Origin: a virus
Virus record (IMG/VR): IMGVR_UViG_3300037189_013673
Coordinates: 6,513 to 70,512 of that record
Length of the DNA stretch: 64,000 nt
Strand: one strand, 5' to 3'
Below the pieces are notes generated by a model that saw only the letters and a list, made by a program, of their open reading frames with translations, had not been told where the DNA came from and made no database searches. This document shows positions 1 through 8,726 of this stretch, piece after piece. How positions within the stretch are numbered: the stretch's first letter is position 1; every line of letters begins with the position of its first letter. The position numbers and the translations under genes were made by a program.

Positions 1-367
1 GTTTGTCAAAGGTTATATAAGAAAAGAAACTTATGAAAAAGGTTTAGCCTCTAAAGCTAAAGCCATAAGATTAGCTACTTTATCTGTTTTAGGTAGAGAG
101 AAAAAATTTGATACTTATGTTGATGGTATCAAAACAGAATCATTTATCTTTAAAGAATTAAACGAAAAATTTAGAAATGTCTACATAGATATTAGATACT
201 CTTGCTACTATATGATGTATGAAGTAAGCCAATTATTAGGTGATGATTTCGATTGTTGGAAAACAGACTGCATTTATTATAGAGATACTCCTCAAAATAG
301 AAAATTAGTACATGACTATTTTGATAAAAAGAATATTACTTATAAGCAATTGGTTTTTAAACAATAA
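1..367 (+). CDS. 5'-truncated ORF, possible family-B DNA polymerase-like C-terminus
   Basis: Open frame from nt 2 to TAA at 365-367 (absent from ORF track); contains DCWKTDCIYY resembling PolB motif C. Confidence 0.45.
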   Translation, partial: FVKGYIRKETYEKGLASKAKAIRLATLSVLGREKKFDTYVDGIKTESFIFKELNEKFRNVYIDIRYSCYYMMYEVSQLLGDDFDCWKTDCIYYRDTPQNRKLVHDYFDKKNITYKQLVFKQ

Positions 368-429
368 ATTATTATAAGTATATTTTCTTATTTTTTTTAA
401 TAATTATTTTTTTTATAATAATTATTTAT

Positions 430-437
430 TATATTTG
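430..437 (+). promoter_or_regulatory. Bacteroidota sigma-A -7 element TATATTTG
   Basis: Matches TAnnTTTG just upstream of ORF 464. Confidence 0.7.
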
Positions 438-463
438 TACTATCATTTAAACTTAAACCAAGA

Positions 464-760
464 ATGAATTTAAAAACAACAGAATTTTCTGAAGAAGAAA
501 ATAAAAAACAATTTAAACTTACCAACTTTAATGAAATGGGTATAGATATTCATATACTCAATGAATCTAATAATTTTCATAAAATACCATCTGGAAATTT
601 TTACAAGTTCGGTGTTTTCAAAGACGGCAAATATTATTGGTATTGGTATGGAAAACCAGTTGCTGATAGTAGAGAAAAGATGTATGAGATTTACACTGCT
701 TTATTAAAAGTAAGAGGCCTAGGTGATATAGTTTTCATTTACAAAGTTAAAAAAGTATGA
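464..760 (+). CDS. Hypothetical protein
   Basis: ORF after promoter and A-rich leader; ATGA overlap with next ORF. Confidence 0.75.
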   Translation: MNLKTTEFSEEENKKQFKLTNFNEMGIDIHILNESNNFHKIPSGNFYKFGVFKDGKYYWYWYGKPVADSREKMYEIYTALLKVRGLGDIVFIYKVKKV

Positions 761-1191
761 TTAGAATACATAAAGAAGAAGCAGATAGACTAGTTTTGTC
801 TGTACTAACTGAATTATCTAAAGTTGAAGACAAAGATTTTGCAAAACAGTCTTTAGATTTAATGGATGATAGTTTAGATAACGCTTTATTTACCGGTGTT
901 ATTTTAAATAAATCAATACCAAGTCTTTTTAGTAAAGAAGAAGAAGATTTAAGAAACTCTTTAGTTACTATAATAGGTTCTTTTTTTTATAGTGTAAAAG
1001 AAGATGGTACTGATATATCAGGTCATGAACTATCTAAGAATTTAATTAAATTTATGTCTAAAGAAGATGTTTCTAGAAAAGGTTATAAAGAAAGCATTAG
1101 AATGAAGTTTGCTTTATCTCAATTTGCAATTGCTTTTTTAGAATACGAAAAGCTTGAAAAAAAATATCCTGCAGTAATGAAATTCATGTAA
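757..1191 (+). CDS. Hypothetical protein
   Basis: 144-aa ORF coupled to previous gene. Confidence 0.75.
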   Translation: MIRIHKEEADRLVLSVLTELSKVEDKDFAKQSLDLMDDSLDNALFTGVILNKSIPSLFSKEEEDLRNSLVTIIGSFFYSVKEDGTDISGHELSKNLIKFMSKEDVSRKGYKESIRMKFALSQFAIAFLEYEKLEKKYPAVMKFM

Positions 1192-1224
1192 ATAATAAAC
1201 CAATAAACTTTAAACAACAATAAT

Positions 1225-1488
1225 ATGAACATTTTAGAAGAAGCAAATCAAATTGTAAATCAACGTTCTGAAGAAAAAGAACGTACGTATGGTCCATTCA
1301 GTGAAGGAATGAACAGAGCCGCTTTAATTTTATCAGGAATGGTAGGATATGAAGTTGATGCTATTTATATGTATAAAGCCATGATAGCTTTAAAATTATC
1401 TAGAGAATCTTATAACCATAAAGAAGACAATTTACTTGATTGTGTAGCTTATATTGGAGCAATGAATAATCATATTAACGATTTTTAA
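1225..1488 (+). CDS. DUF6378-like helical protein (putative nucleotide pyrophosphohydrolase fold)
   Basis: ILEEA..IV....E..YG ... M..LK..R ... DN..D...Y pattern; lies in nucleotide-modification cluster. Confidence 0.65.
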   Translation: MNILEEANQIVNQRSEEKERTYGPFSEGMNRAALILSGMVGYEVDAIYMYKAMIALKLSRESYNHKEDNLLDCVAYIGAMNNHINDF

Positions 1489-1490
1489 TT

Positions 1491-2411
1491 ATGAAAACAG
1501 GTATAATAGGAATTTTAAATAATCCAGCTACTTCTAAAAACTCACACTCGGCTGGTATGGTTCACATAGTATCTAAACTTTATGATGCTAAAGTATTAAC
1601 TGAAAAAGATAATTGGCTTGAATACGAAAAACTAATTATATATCACGGTGTTAATTTTAAACCTGGGGTTTTTAATGTCATAGGTGGTATAAACGATGGT
1701 GTTTTATTAAGAGCTAAAAAACTAAACGATTACATAAATAGTAAAACAGAACAAGATTGGCTTGAATCTGTATTTTCATTAGATGGTTTTCAATTAAATG
1801 GTTTTTCTATAAAAAGAAAACTAAACTTATATGATGATGCAAAAGATATAAGTATAATACCTCTTGCTAATAGAGAAAATTTAGTAATAGGTGATTCTCA
1901 TTCTTTATCTGTTTGGCCTAACGAAGAATATACTATTTCAAGAAATGATGGTAAAACTCTTCATGGCTTTTTAAAGCAAAATAGAGATTTATCTGATTAC
2001 AAGAAAATTATATTTTATTTTGGAAATATAGATTTAAGATTCCATTTAGCTAGACAAGAAAATCCTATTGAAGCAACTAGAGATTTATTTAAAAGATATG
2101 TTGATTATGCTTCTAAATACGACTGTACTTTAGTTCAATTACTTCCTGTAGAAGATGAATCAAGAATACTTCCAAAATCTGGTCAATATAAAGGTCAAAA
2201 CTTTTATGGTTCTATTGAGCTTAGAAAACAATTAAGACTTGAAGCTAATAAAATTATAGTTGAGTCTGGATTACCTACCATTGATTGGCCTTTAGAATAT
2301 TTAGATAATAATGGTAATTTATCTTTCGAAGTCATGGAGCCAAAGCAATCTGTTCACTTAAAACCTGAATTTTACTTAAGAAACTTTAAGAGACAATTAA
2401 CTTTATTTTAA
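1491..2411 (+). CDS. Hypothetical protein with SGNH-like C-terminal domain, DNA-modification cluster
   Basis: LVIGDSHS, FYFGNIDLRFHL and SVHL motifs. Confidence 0.55.
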   Translation: MKTGIIGILNNPATSKNSHSAGMVHIVSKLYDAKVLTEKDNWLEYEKLIIYHGVNFKPGVFNVIGGINDGVLLRAKKLNDYINSKTEQDWLESVFSLDGFQLNGFSIKRKLNLYDDAKDISIIPLANRENLVIGDSHSLSVWPNEEYTISRNDGKTLHGFLKQNRDLSDYKKIIFYFGNIDLRFHLARQENPIEATRDLFKRYVDYASKYDCTLVQLLPVEDESRILPKSGQYKGQNFYGSIELRKQLRLEANKIIVESGLPTIDWPLEYLDNNGNLSFEVMEPKQSVHLKPEFYLRNFKRQLTLF

Positions 2412-3454
2412 TGGAATATTCATTTGAAATTAAAGGTGATTTATTACAAGCTTTAGATGAATATCATTTTAAAAGCATGTTAATGGAAAAATATGTTATT
2501 GAGAAAAATCATTTTGAAGGTGATATTGAAAAAGCAGTTAATGATGATTTAATTTATCATATACCTATCTATGATATGGGTCAAAGAAAATATGCTGCCT
2601 TTTGTTCTTTTACAGAAGCTGTTTGGAATAAAGATAAAGATGTCAAAGGTAACGGAGTACATTTTGCTAATCATGAAATTAAAAATGAATTTGATTGGTT
2701 GATGTTATTTTACTTATTTAGATTATCTGGCTCAGGTATTAATTATAAACCTAAAACAGATAGTTTATTTACTTCATTTATAGGTACTCATGGTTTTGGT
2801 AATTTTTGGATTGTAGATTCTATTTTAAAAAATAAATTTACTTATCAAGAATGGTTAAATGATTTAAAAAATACTAGTAAACCATTTACAGATAATAAAG
2901 GATATTTATTGCCTCAATTTTCATTTGAAGGTTTAGAATCAAATCATTTAAAAAAATTTATTCTAGAATACTCAGTTGATTTGGTAACTCATTTATATAA
3001 TTTTATGTTAACTGGTCAAAAACAAATTTATCAAATAACAGATGAAGGCAATAAATGGCTAAATGATAAAGGATTTAAAAGACAAAACTTTGTTTTAACT
3101 GCTTTCGCTGCTGATTTAGCAGAGTATTTTCCTAATTACGTAGATAGATTTGGTCTTGTTTACGCAGGCACTAATGCTACTAAATGTATTAAAGCAATAT
3201 TTCCTAAAATAAATAAAAAAACTTCTGAGTTTGAATATATCAATGATGTCTTACAATTTCAATCTAAACGTTATAAATTAACTCCTATTGATTGCGAAGA
3301 CTCAAGAAACTGTGATTTAATTAGATATTTTCAAGAATATCAATCAAGTCACCATATACTTAAAAACAAAGGTATTAAAATGAAAAATAATTCAGTATTA
3401 AAACGAACAATGGGATTAGATAACTATTATCAATTCTCTAACAACTTAAAATAA
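2411..3454 (+). CDS. Amino acid:DNA transferase / aGPT-pyrophosphorylase-like protein
   Basis: AAD.AEYFP, YAGTNA..CI and IDCEDS.NCD.IRY resemble conserved blocks of the HhH-fold aGPT-Pplase family; next to PLP enzyme and TS homolog. Confidence 0.6.
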   Translation: MEYSFEIKGDLLQALDEYHFKSMLMEKYVIEKNHFEGDIEKAVNDDLIYHIPIYDMGQRKYAAFCSFTEAVWNKDKDVKGNGVHFANHEIKNEFDWLMLFYLFRLSGSGINYKPKTDSLFTSFIGTHGFGNFWIVDSILKNKFTYQEWLNDLKNTSKPFTDNKGYLLPQFSFEGLESNHLKKFILEYSVDLVTHLYNFMLTGQKQIYQITDEGNKWLNDKGFKRQNFVLTAFAADLAEYFPNYVDRFGLVYAGTNATKCIKAIFPKINKKTSEFEYINDVLQFQSKRYKLTPIDCEDSRNCDLIRYFQEYQSSHHILKNKGIKMKNNSVLKRTMGLDNYYQFSNNLK

Positions 3455-4347
3455 TGGCACACGATAAACACATTATAGATGGCATCAATAAAGATGTCAA
3501 TATGTTATACCCTGATAAACATGCTTATCTTGAGCTAACTAAAGATTTTAAATCATTACTACCTAATATTATAATAAAAGAGCATGAAGGAGTAAAAGTA
3601 GTTAGAGAAGATTTAACTTTAGTTGGTGGTACAAAAACTAGAGCTGGAGAATTTTTAGTTTCTCAAGTTAAAAAAAATACTTTAGTTTACGTAGTTCCTA
3701 GAGTTGGTCATGCAGGTATTGCTATAATGGAATTGGCTAGACTTTATAATAAAGAAGTTATATTTTTTATGCCTGCTTGTAAAGAGATTTCAGACCATCA
3801 ATCTTTTATTATTAATATGAAACCTAAAGATGTCATATTTGAAAGAATTGCTGCGATGCCTAATTTGAATTTATTAGCTAAAAAATACGCAGAGCAAAAT
3901 GGTTATCAATTCTTACCTTTTGGTTTAAATCATTATAATACTATTGCTGGTTTTGTAAGAATATGTGAGAACTTATTAAAAAACTATGATGAACCAGAAG
4001 AAATGTGGTCTGTAGTATCAACAGGAGTACTTACTAGAGGTTTACAGATAGGTTTTGAAAATACAAAAATGAATGGTATCTGTGTTGCTAGAAATATGAA
4101 ACAAGGAGAATTAGGTAGAACTAAAATAATATCAGAACCATTACCATTTTTACAAGACGAGAAAAAAAGTAATTTACCTGAATTTAATACCGTGCCTAGT
4201 TACGATGGCAAAGGTTGGAAATATGTGCCTAAAAATACTGGTAGAAATGTTTGGTTTTGGAATGTTGCAGGTAATATTTCTGCTCCTGAAAACTTTGATA
4301 AATCTAAAATAAATTCTTATAGAGATTGGAGTAAAAATCAAATTTAA
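3454..4347 (+). CDS. PLP-dependent enzyme (fold type II, cysteine synthase/ACC deaminase-like)
   Basis: VVREDL..GGTKTR (PLP lysine), VSTGVL loop, SYDGKGW, WFWNV. Confidence 0.8.
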   Translation: MAHDKHIIDGINKDVNMLYPDKHAYLELTKDFKSLLPNIIIKEHEGVKVVREDLTLVGGTKTRAGEFLVSQVKKNTLVYVVPRVGHAGIAIMELARLYNKEVIFFMPACKEISDHQSFIINMKPKDVIFERIAAMPNLNLLAKKYAEQNGYQFLPFGLNHYNTIAGFVRICENLLKNYDEPEEMWSVVSTGVLTRGLQIGFENTKMNGICVARNMKQGELGRTKIISEPLPFLQDEKKSNLPEFNTVPSYDGKGWKYVPKNTGRNVWFWNVAGNISAPENFDKSKINSYRDWSKNQI

Positions 4348-4388
4348 AAATTTAACTTTTCTTTAACATGTTGAACCAATATTCTTTC

Positions 4389-4396
4389 TATATTTG
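4389..4396 (+). promoter_or_regulatory. Bacteroidota -7 promoter element TATATTTG
   Basis: TAnnTTTG about 40 nt upstream of ORF 4436. Confidence 0.65.
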
Positions 4397-4435
4397 TACC
4401 AATAAACTTTAACAATAACTTAAAACAAAAAAAAG

Positions 4436-5038
4436 ATGAACATTAAACACAAATTAGCTAGTTCTAAAGACAAAAAATGTACTATTTTAGCATCTGATAT
4501 TGCTAAAAAATTTAAAACTTCTGATGATGTAATAAAATTACATTATTTAGATTACGGTTTTTTTGTAACTTACCATAAATCAAGAAATGGTAAAACTTAC
4601 TACTGTGATTCAATATTCCCTAATGCTGTACCTATGCCAAGTATAGGTCAACCTGTTGCTTTAAATGTTCTTTTAATACAATTAATTGATTTATTTGTAT
4701 TACAGCCTGAAAGCGAAAAAGAAATGGTTTTAGATATGAAATTAACTAATGAGTTTGAGCCTATTAGAATCTGGGCTAACAAGAAAGGTATTTTTGAGAA
4801 AGGCAATCCAACTACTCAATTTGCTAAACTTATTGAAGAAGCAGGCGAATTAGCTAAATCTTTATTAAAACAAGATGAAGAAGAATTTATTGATGCTATA
4901 GGTGATTGTGTAGTAGTTCTTACAAATCTAGCTAAATTAAAAGGTTATAATATAGAGGATTGTATTAACTCTGCATATTCTGTTATAGCAAAAAGAACTG
5001 GTAAAATGGAAAACGGAACTTTTGTAAAAGATATATAA
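4436..5038 (+). CDS. MazG-like NTP pyrophosphohydrolase with about 100-aa N-terminal extension
   Basis: KLIEEAGEL...DAIGDCVVVL...KRTGKM..GTFVKD. Confidence 0.85.
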   Translation: MNIKHKLASSKDKKCTILASDIAKKFKTSDDVIKLHYLDYGFFVTYHKSRNGKTYYCDSIFPNAVPMPSIGQPVALNVLLIQLIDLFVLQPESEKEMVLDMKLTNEFEPIRIWANKKGIFEKGNPTTQFAKLIEEAGELAKSLLKQDEEEFIDAIGDCVVVLTNLAKLKGYNIEDCINSAYSVIAKRTGKMENGTFVKDI

Positions 5039-5706
5039 TGGAATTTATTAATGCACAAGAAGCTTTTGAGTTTTATTATAATCTTATTTTAGAACATGGA
5101 AAACCTCTCAATAATACTAAGTTTATTCAAAACGAAGGGTTTTATATTTTAAACCCTATTGATAATAAAATAAACACTGAATTTAGAAATTGGAAAAATT
5201 CTTATGCTCAATTAGAATGGGATTGGTATTTATCTGCTAATAGAGATGTTTCTGAGATAAAAAAACAAGCTAAAATCTGGGACAAAATGCATAATGGTGA
5301 TAATTTAGTTAACTCTAATTATGGTTACCAATGGTCTAGAAATAATCAATTACAATTTATAATTGATGAATTAACTCAAAACCCTAATTCAAGAAGAGCT
5401 GTAATTACTATTTATGACGGTAAAGACCATGAATTGCATTCTCTTGATACTCCATGCACTTTAAATATAGTTTTTAATATAACAGATGATAAATTAAATA
5501 TGAGCGTTCTAATGCGCTCTAATGATTTATGGTTTGGATTCTGTAATGACCAATATTGTTTTAGTAAATTACAAGAATTAATTGCTTTAAAACTTAACTT
5601 AGAAATAGGCTGGTATTATCATTTTGCTAATAATTTACATTTATATGATAAACATTTTGATAGCTTGATTAATCATAAAAATATGTTTATATTTACTAAA
5701 AAATAA
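5038..5706 (+). CDS. Thymidylate-synthase-family enzyme, dCMP hydroxymethylase type (T4 gp42-like)
   Basis: NSNYG, SRRA, PCT catalytic Cys, MRSNDLWFGFCND with Asp at the position of E. coli ThyA Asn177, HLY. Confidence 0.8.
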   Translation: MEFINAQEAFEFYYNLILEHGKPLNNTKFIQNEGFYILNPIDNKINTEFRNWKNSYAQLEWDWYLSANRDVSEIKKQAKIWDKMHNGDNLVNSNYGYQWSRNNQLQFIIDELTQNPNSRRAVITIYDGKDHELHSLDTPCTLNIVFNITDDKLNMSVLMRSNDLWFGFCNDQYCFSKLQELIALKLNLEIGWYYHFANNLHLYDKHFDSLINHKNMFIFTKK

Positions 5707-5710
5707 ATAA

Positions 5711-6007
5711 ATGGAAGCTTTACTTATCACTACCGATAATAAAAAAAGAAAATTAAACGTAACTACTTTTATAGAAGCTAAGTTATTGGTCTGTAATTAT
5801 AATTCTGATGCTACAGTTCAAGTCGTAGAACTTATAGATGGAAATGTTTTAATGTTTGATGAAGAAGGTAAATTGAAAGATTTATCTTTTAATGAAATAG
5901 CAACTAATTTAGCTCATGTAGGTCTTGGTATATATCCTAGTGATTTTATAGTCGGAGATGTCTTAATGCTAGAACACGACGAATTTATTAATTTGCCTTA
6001 TGAATAA
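5711..6007 (+). CDS. DUF3846-like phage protein
   Basis: DEEGKLK.L..N..AT ... D.IVGDV pattern. Confidence 0.7.
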   Translation: MEALLITTDNKKRKLNVTTFIEAKLLVCNYNSDATVQVVELIDGNVLMFDEEGKLKDLSFNEIATNLAHVGLGIYPSDFIVGDVLMLEHDEFINLPYE

Positions 6008-6039
6008 AAAAAAGGGTTAGGTAACAACTCCTAACCCTT
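6006..6039 (-). terminator. Rho-independent terminator oriented for - strand transcription
   Basis: Stem aagggttagg/cctaaccctt (6012-6039) with A-run 6006-6013 (U-tail on - strand). Confidence 0.75.
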
Positions 6040-6087
6040 AACCAAGAAACTTAAAAACAACATTATGGAATAATGATGTTATATCTA
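6006..6087 (-). ncRNA. Candidate small RNA 1 (about 80 nt)
   Basis: - strand TATATTTG at 6095-6088 pointing to the terminator at 6006-6039; no ORF between. Confidence 0.5.
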
Positions 6088-6169
6088 CAAATATAGAAAT
6101 TAAAATACTTTACTTTTTTACTAATCAAATAAATATCAAAAACTTAAATTTAATTTATAATTTTCAATT

Positions 6170-6457
6170 ATGAAGACTCGTTTTTATAAATACTTTTTTC
6201 AAGGAATAGAAAAACCTGTTGTAATGGAAGCTGAAGATAGATTTATGGCTTACGAGATGTTAAAACAATTAAGTTTCAAATCTCAAACTAAAATAGATAT
6301 GACTAAGTTAGAAGATATGCGTATTGAAACTCCTCTTGTTGGTATAACTACTAAAAAACGTAATGGTATTGATTTTACTTGGGTAACTAAAAAACATACA
6401 AGTGATGGCTGGTTAGAAACTGAAGAGTACCAAAAAATACAAAAACTTAAAAAATAA
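6170..6457 (+). CDS. Hypothetical protein
   Basis: 95-aa ORF in + strand block. Confidence 0.7.
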   Translation: MKTRFYKYFFQGIEKPVVMEAEDRFMAYEMLKQLSFKSQTKIDMTKLEDMRIETPLVGITTKKRNGIDFTWVTKKHTSDGWLETEEYQKIQKLKK

Positions 6458-6461
6458 AAAA

Positions 6462-6635
6462 ATGGAAATTAGATTTGATAAACCTATAGAAGTTTCTGCT
6501 AAACAATATTCTAGAATCATGACTCAACTCAAAGGTGTTTGTGCCGGTAAAGTTGAAAATGGAAAATATTTTATAAAAATTTGGCTAATGTCTTGGTCTA
6601 AAGAAGTAAAAATGATTTTAGAAGCAGAAGCATAA
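6462..6635 (+). CDS. Hypothetical 57-aa protein (not in ORF track)
   Basis: MEIRFDKPIEV...EAEA*; A-rich leader; TAATG coupling to next ORF. Confidence 0.65.
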   Translation: MEIRFDKPIEVSAKQYSRIMTQLKGVCAGKVENGKYFIKIWLMSWSKEVKMILEAEA

Positions 6636-6793
6636 TGGCTAAATTACAAAAAATAGAAGCTTTAAAAATTGAATTAGATAAATTATCGGTTAGATATTGT
6701 ATAGAAAAAGATGAATCTTTAAAGCCATTGATAGATAAATTACAATCTGATTTAGATTATTTTAATTACGGAATTAAAAAAACAAAAAAATGA
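6635..6793 (+). CDS. Hypothetical 52-aa protein (not in ORF track)
   Basis: MAKLQKIEALK...; coupled at both ends (TAATG, ATGA). Confidence 0.65.
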   Translation: MAKLQKIEALKIELDKLSVRYCIEKDESLKPLIDKLQSDLDYFNYGIKKTKK

Positions 6794-7575
6794 TAAATAT
6801 TTCTCAATCTTTTTTAAAAGAATACGCAAAATACAAAATGGGAGAAGTTTGTGGTTTGCAAGTAAAAGCAAAATATATTGATAAAGTAGTATTTCCTTCT
6901 TCCGATGCTATGGAATATGGTAACTTTTTTGAATATAAAGCTACTGGCTCTCTACCTAGAGATGGCCATGAACCTGTTGCTAAAATAGTATATGCAGGTA
7001 CTAAAAAAGAATCTATAGCTGAACAATATAAAAAAGCTATTGAAAGTGCTGAATTATTTAAAAAAATAATTAAACATTATAATATAGATATTGTAGATAC
7101 AGGTAGAGTAGTAACTCAAGACGGTATGACTGGTATTATGGATATAGTTGCTAATTGGAACGATAGAGTAGTTATAATAGATACCAAATATTCTGGTTTA
7201 TTAGATGATAGATGGAATGCTTTAGGTTGGGATTTAGATTCACTTCCTGAGAAACACAATACTATGATTCAATCTGTTCATTATAGAATTTTATTAGCTA
7301 AAGAATTAAATTGTGAACCAGAAGATATTGATTTTTATTTTTTTGTATTTTCTTCTAAAGAAGTAAATGATGTAAAACTTATCAAAGTAACTTCTGATGA
7401 AAATACTTTTTCTAATCATTTAACTACTATTGAATGGATGAAAGAAGAATTAAAAAAGCCAGTAGATAAACTATTTAGAGCAAGACCTGAATTGAATAGA
7501 TGTTTTAAATGTCCTATTAAAGATACTTGTTCTTTTAAAATAGAAATACCTTTAATAAATGAAGTTAGCTATTAA
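6790..7575 (+). CDS. PD-(D/E)XK exonuclease (Cas4/RecB-like), likely RecT partner
   Basis: G.MD...IIDTKY, Q..HY, C-terminal CFKCPIKDTC plus an N-terminal Cys. Confidence 0.75.
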   Translation: MINISQSFLKEYAKYKMGEVCGLQVKAKYIDKVVFPSSDAMEYGNFFEYKATGSLPRDGHEPVAKIVYAGTKKESIAEQYKKAIESAELFKKIIKHYNIDIVDTGRVVTQDGMTGIMDIVANWNDRVVIIDTKYSGLLDDRWNALGWDLDSLPEKHNTMIQSVHYRILLAKELNCEPEDIDFYFFVFSSKEVNDVKLIKVTSDENTFSNHLTTIEWMKEELKKPVDKLFRARPELNRCFKCPIKDTCSFKIEIPLINEVSY

Positions 7576-7581
7576 TTTTAG

Positions 7582-7806
7582 ATGAAAAATTTCAATGAAC
7601 ATATTATTAGTATATATGCTGAAATTAAATTGTTAACTGATTATAAAAACAATTTAAAAAAGTATATTTATTCTCAAAATATCTCTGGAAAGATTAGATT
7701 CATTGACTTTCAAAGAACTATAAGTGAAATAGAAAGAGTTGCTATAGAAATAGTAGAATTAGAAAAAACCAAGAATAAATTAATTAAAATCAACGAAAAA
7801 TTATGA
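7582..7806 (+). CDS. Hypothetical protein
   Basis: 74-aa ORF overlapping recT start. Confidence 0.6.
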   Translation: MKNFNEHIISIYAEIKLLTDYKNNLKKYIYSQNISGKIRFIDFQRTISEIERVAIEIVELEKTKNKLIKINEKL

Positions 7807-8615
7807 CGAATATTTCAACAGATGTAGTTGGTAGCTTTACTACTACAATAGAAAAATATGAAAAGAAAAATTTGCCTGAACTTTTAGAAGGCTCAGGTAT
7901 GACTGCTTCTCAATTTAAACAAATAGTTATTAATGAATTAAAGAGGTCACCTAAATTACAAGAAGTATTTTTAAAAAATCCATCTTCTTTATTTGCTAGT
8001 ATTTTAAGTTGCTGTGAATTACAATTAAACCCTAGCCAAATGCTTGGTGAATTTTATTTTCTTCCATTCAAAGATGTCATTACTCCTATATTAGGTTATA
8101 AAGGTTTAGTAACTCTTTTAATGCGCTCTGATAAAGTAAAAAAGATATGGAGTGAAATAGTATATGAAGATGATGATTTTGAATATGAGCTAGGTTTAAA
8201 CCCTAAACTTGTACATATACCTAATCATGATGGTATAAGAAACTCTAAAACTTTTAAATACGTTTACTCTTGTGCTAAATTAGATGATGAAGTTGTTTTT
8301 AAAGTAATGTCAAAATCAGAAATACAAGCCATTGCTAATATGTCTAAATTTCCAAATGATTTATATTTTAATGATAAAAAAGACCCTGAGAATTGGATGC
8401 AAAAAAAAACATGTTTAAAGCAATTAGCTAAATTAATGCCTAAATCAGATGATAGACTTAAGAAAGCGATAGCATTAGATGATAATGTTGAAGGTGGTGG
8501 CTATTTAGTACTTGATGATACAGATACTGTTAGAGTAGTTCAAGGTACTGTAATTGGTAAAAAAAATACTTTATTTGAAAGGTTAAAAAATAACCAAAAT
8601 GATGTCTTAGAATAA
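7803..8615 (+). CDS. recT: RecT-family ssDNA annealing recombinase
   Basis: L.LNP..GEFY.LPF, ILGYKGLV.L..RS, VYEDD.F.Y..G, M.KKT.LKQL.K..P. Confidence 0.9.
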   Translation: MTNISTDVVGSFTTTIEKYEKKNLPELLEGSGMTASQFKQIVINELKRSPKLQEVFLKNPSSLFASILSCCELQLNPSQMLGEFYFLPFKDVITPILGYKGLVTLLMRSDKVKKIWSEIVYEDDDFEYELGLNPKLVHIPNHDGIRNSKTFKYVYSCAKLDDEVVFKVMSKSEIQAIANMSKFPNDLYFNDKKDPENWMQKKTCLKQLAKLMPKSDDRLKKAIALDDNVEGGGYLVLDDTDTVRVVQGTVIGKKNTLFERLKNNQNDVLE

Positions 8616-8633
8616 AAAAATTACATATATTTG

Positions 8634-8724
8634 TAGTTGTAAAAATTTAATAAGTAATCCATAACTTATTGTTTTAGTTAAAGTGAAAAGAAAAACCCGA
8701 TTCGCCAAGCGTTTCGGGTTTTTT
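8634..8724 (+). ncRNA. Candidate small RNA 2 (about 90 nt)
   Basis: TATATTTG at 8626-8633 followed by ORF-less sequence and terminator 8691-8724. Confidence 0.45.
8691..8724. terminator. Bidirectional intrinsic terminator between convergent gene blocks
   Basis: aaaaacccga...tcgggttttt inverted repeat with A/T runs on both sides. Confidence 0.85.
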
Positions 8725-8726
8725 GA

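Noticed and set aside
5038-5706. Ordinary thymidylate synthase thyA
   Set aside because: Asp instead of Asn at the specificity position and gp42-like NSNYG/RSND..FGF.ND motifs
6065-6073. Protein-coding gene behind the strong-looking leader at 6040-6064
   Set aside because: ATG GAA TAA gives only two codons; treated as the antisense face of candidate sRNA 1
6790-7575. Cas4 as sign of a CRISPR-Cas system
   Set aside because: No other cas genes or array; position beside recT fits a recombination exonuclease
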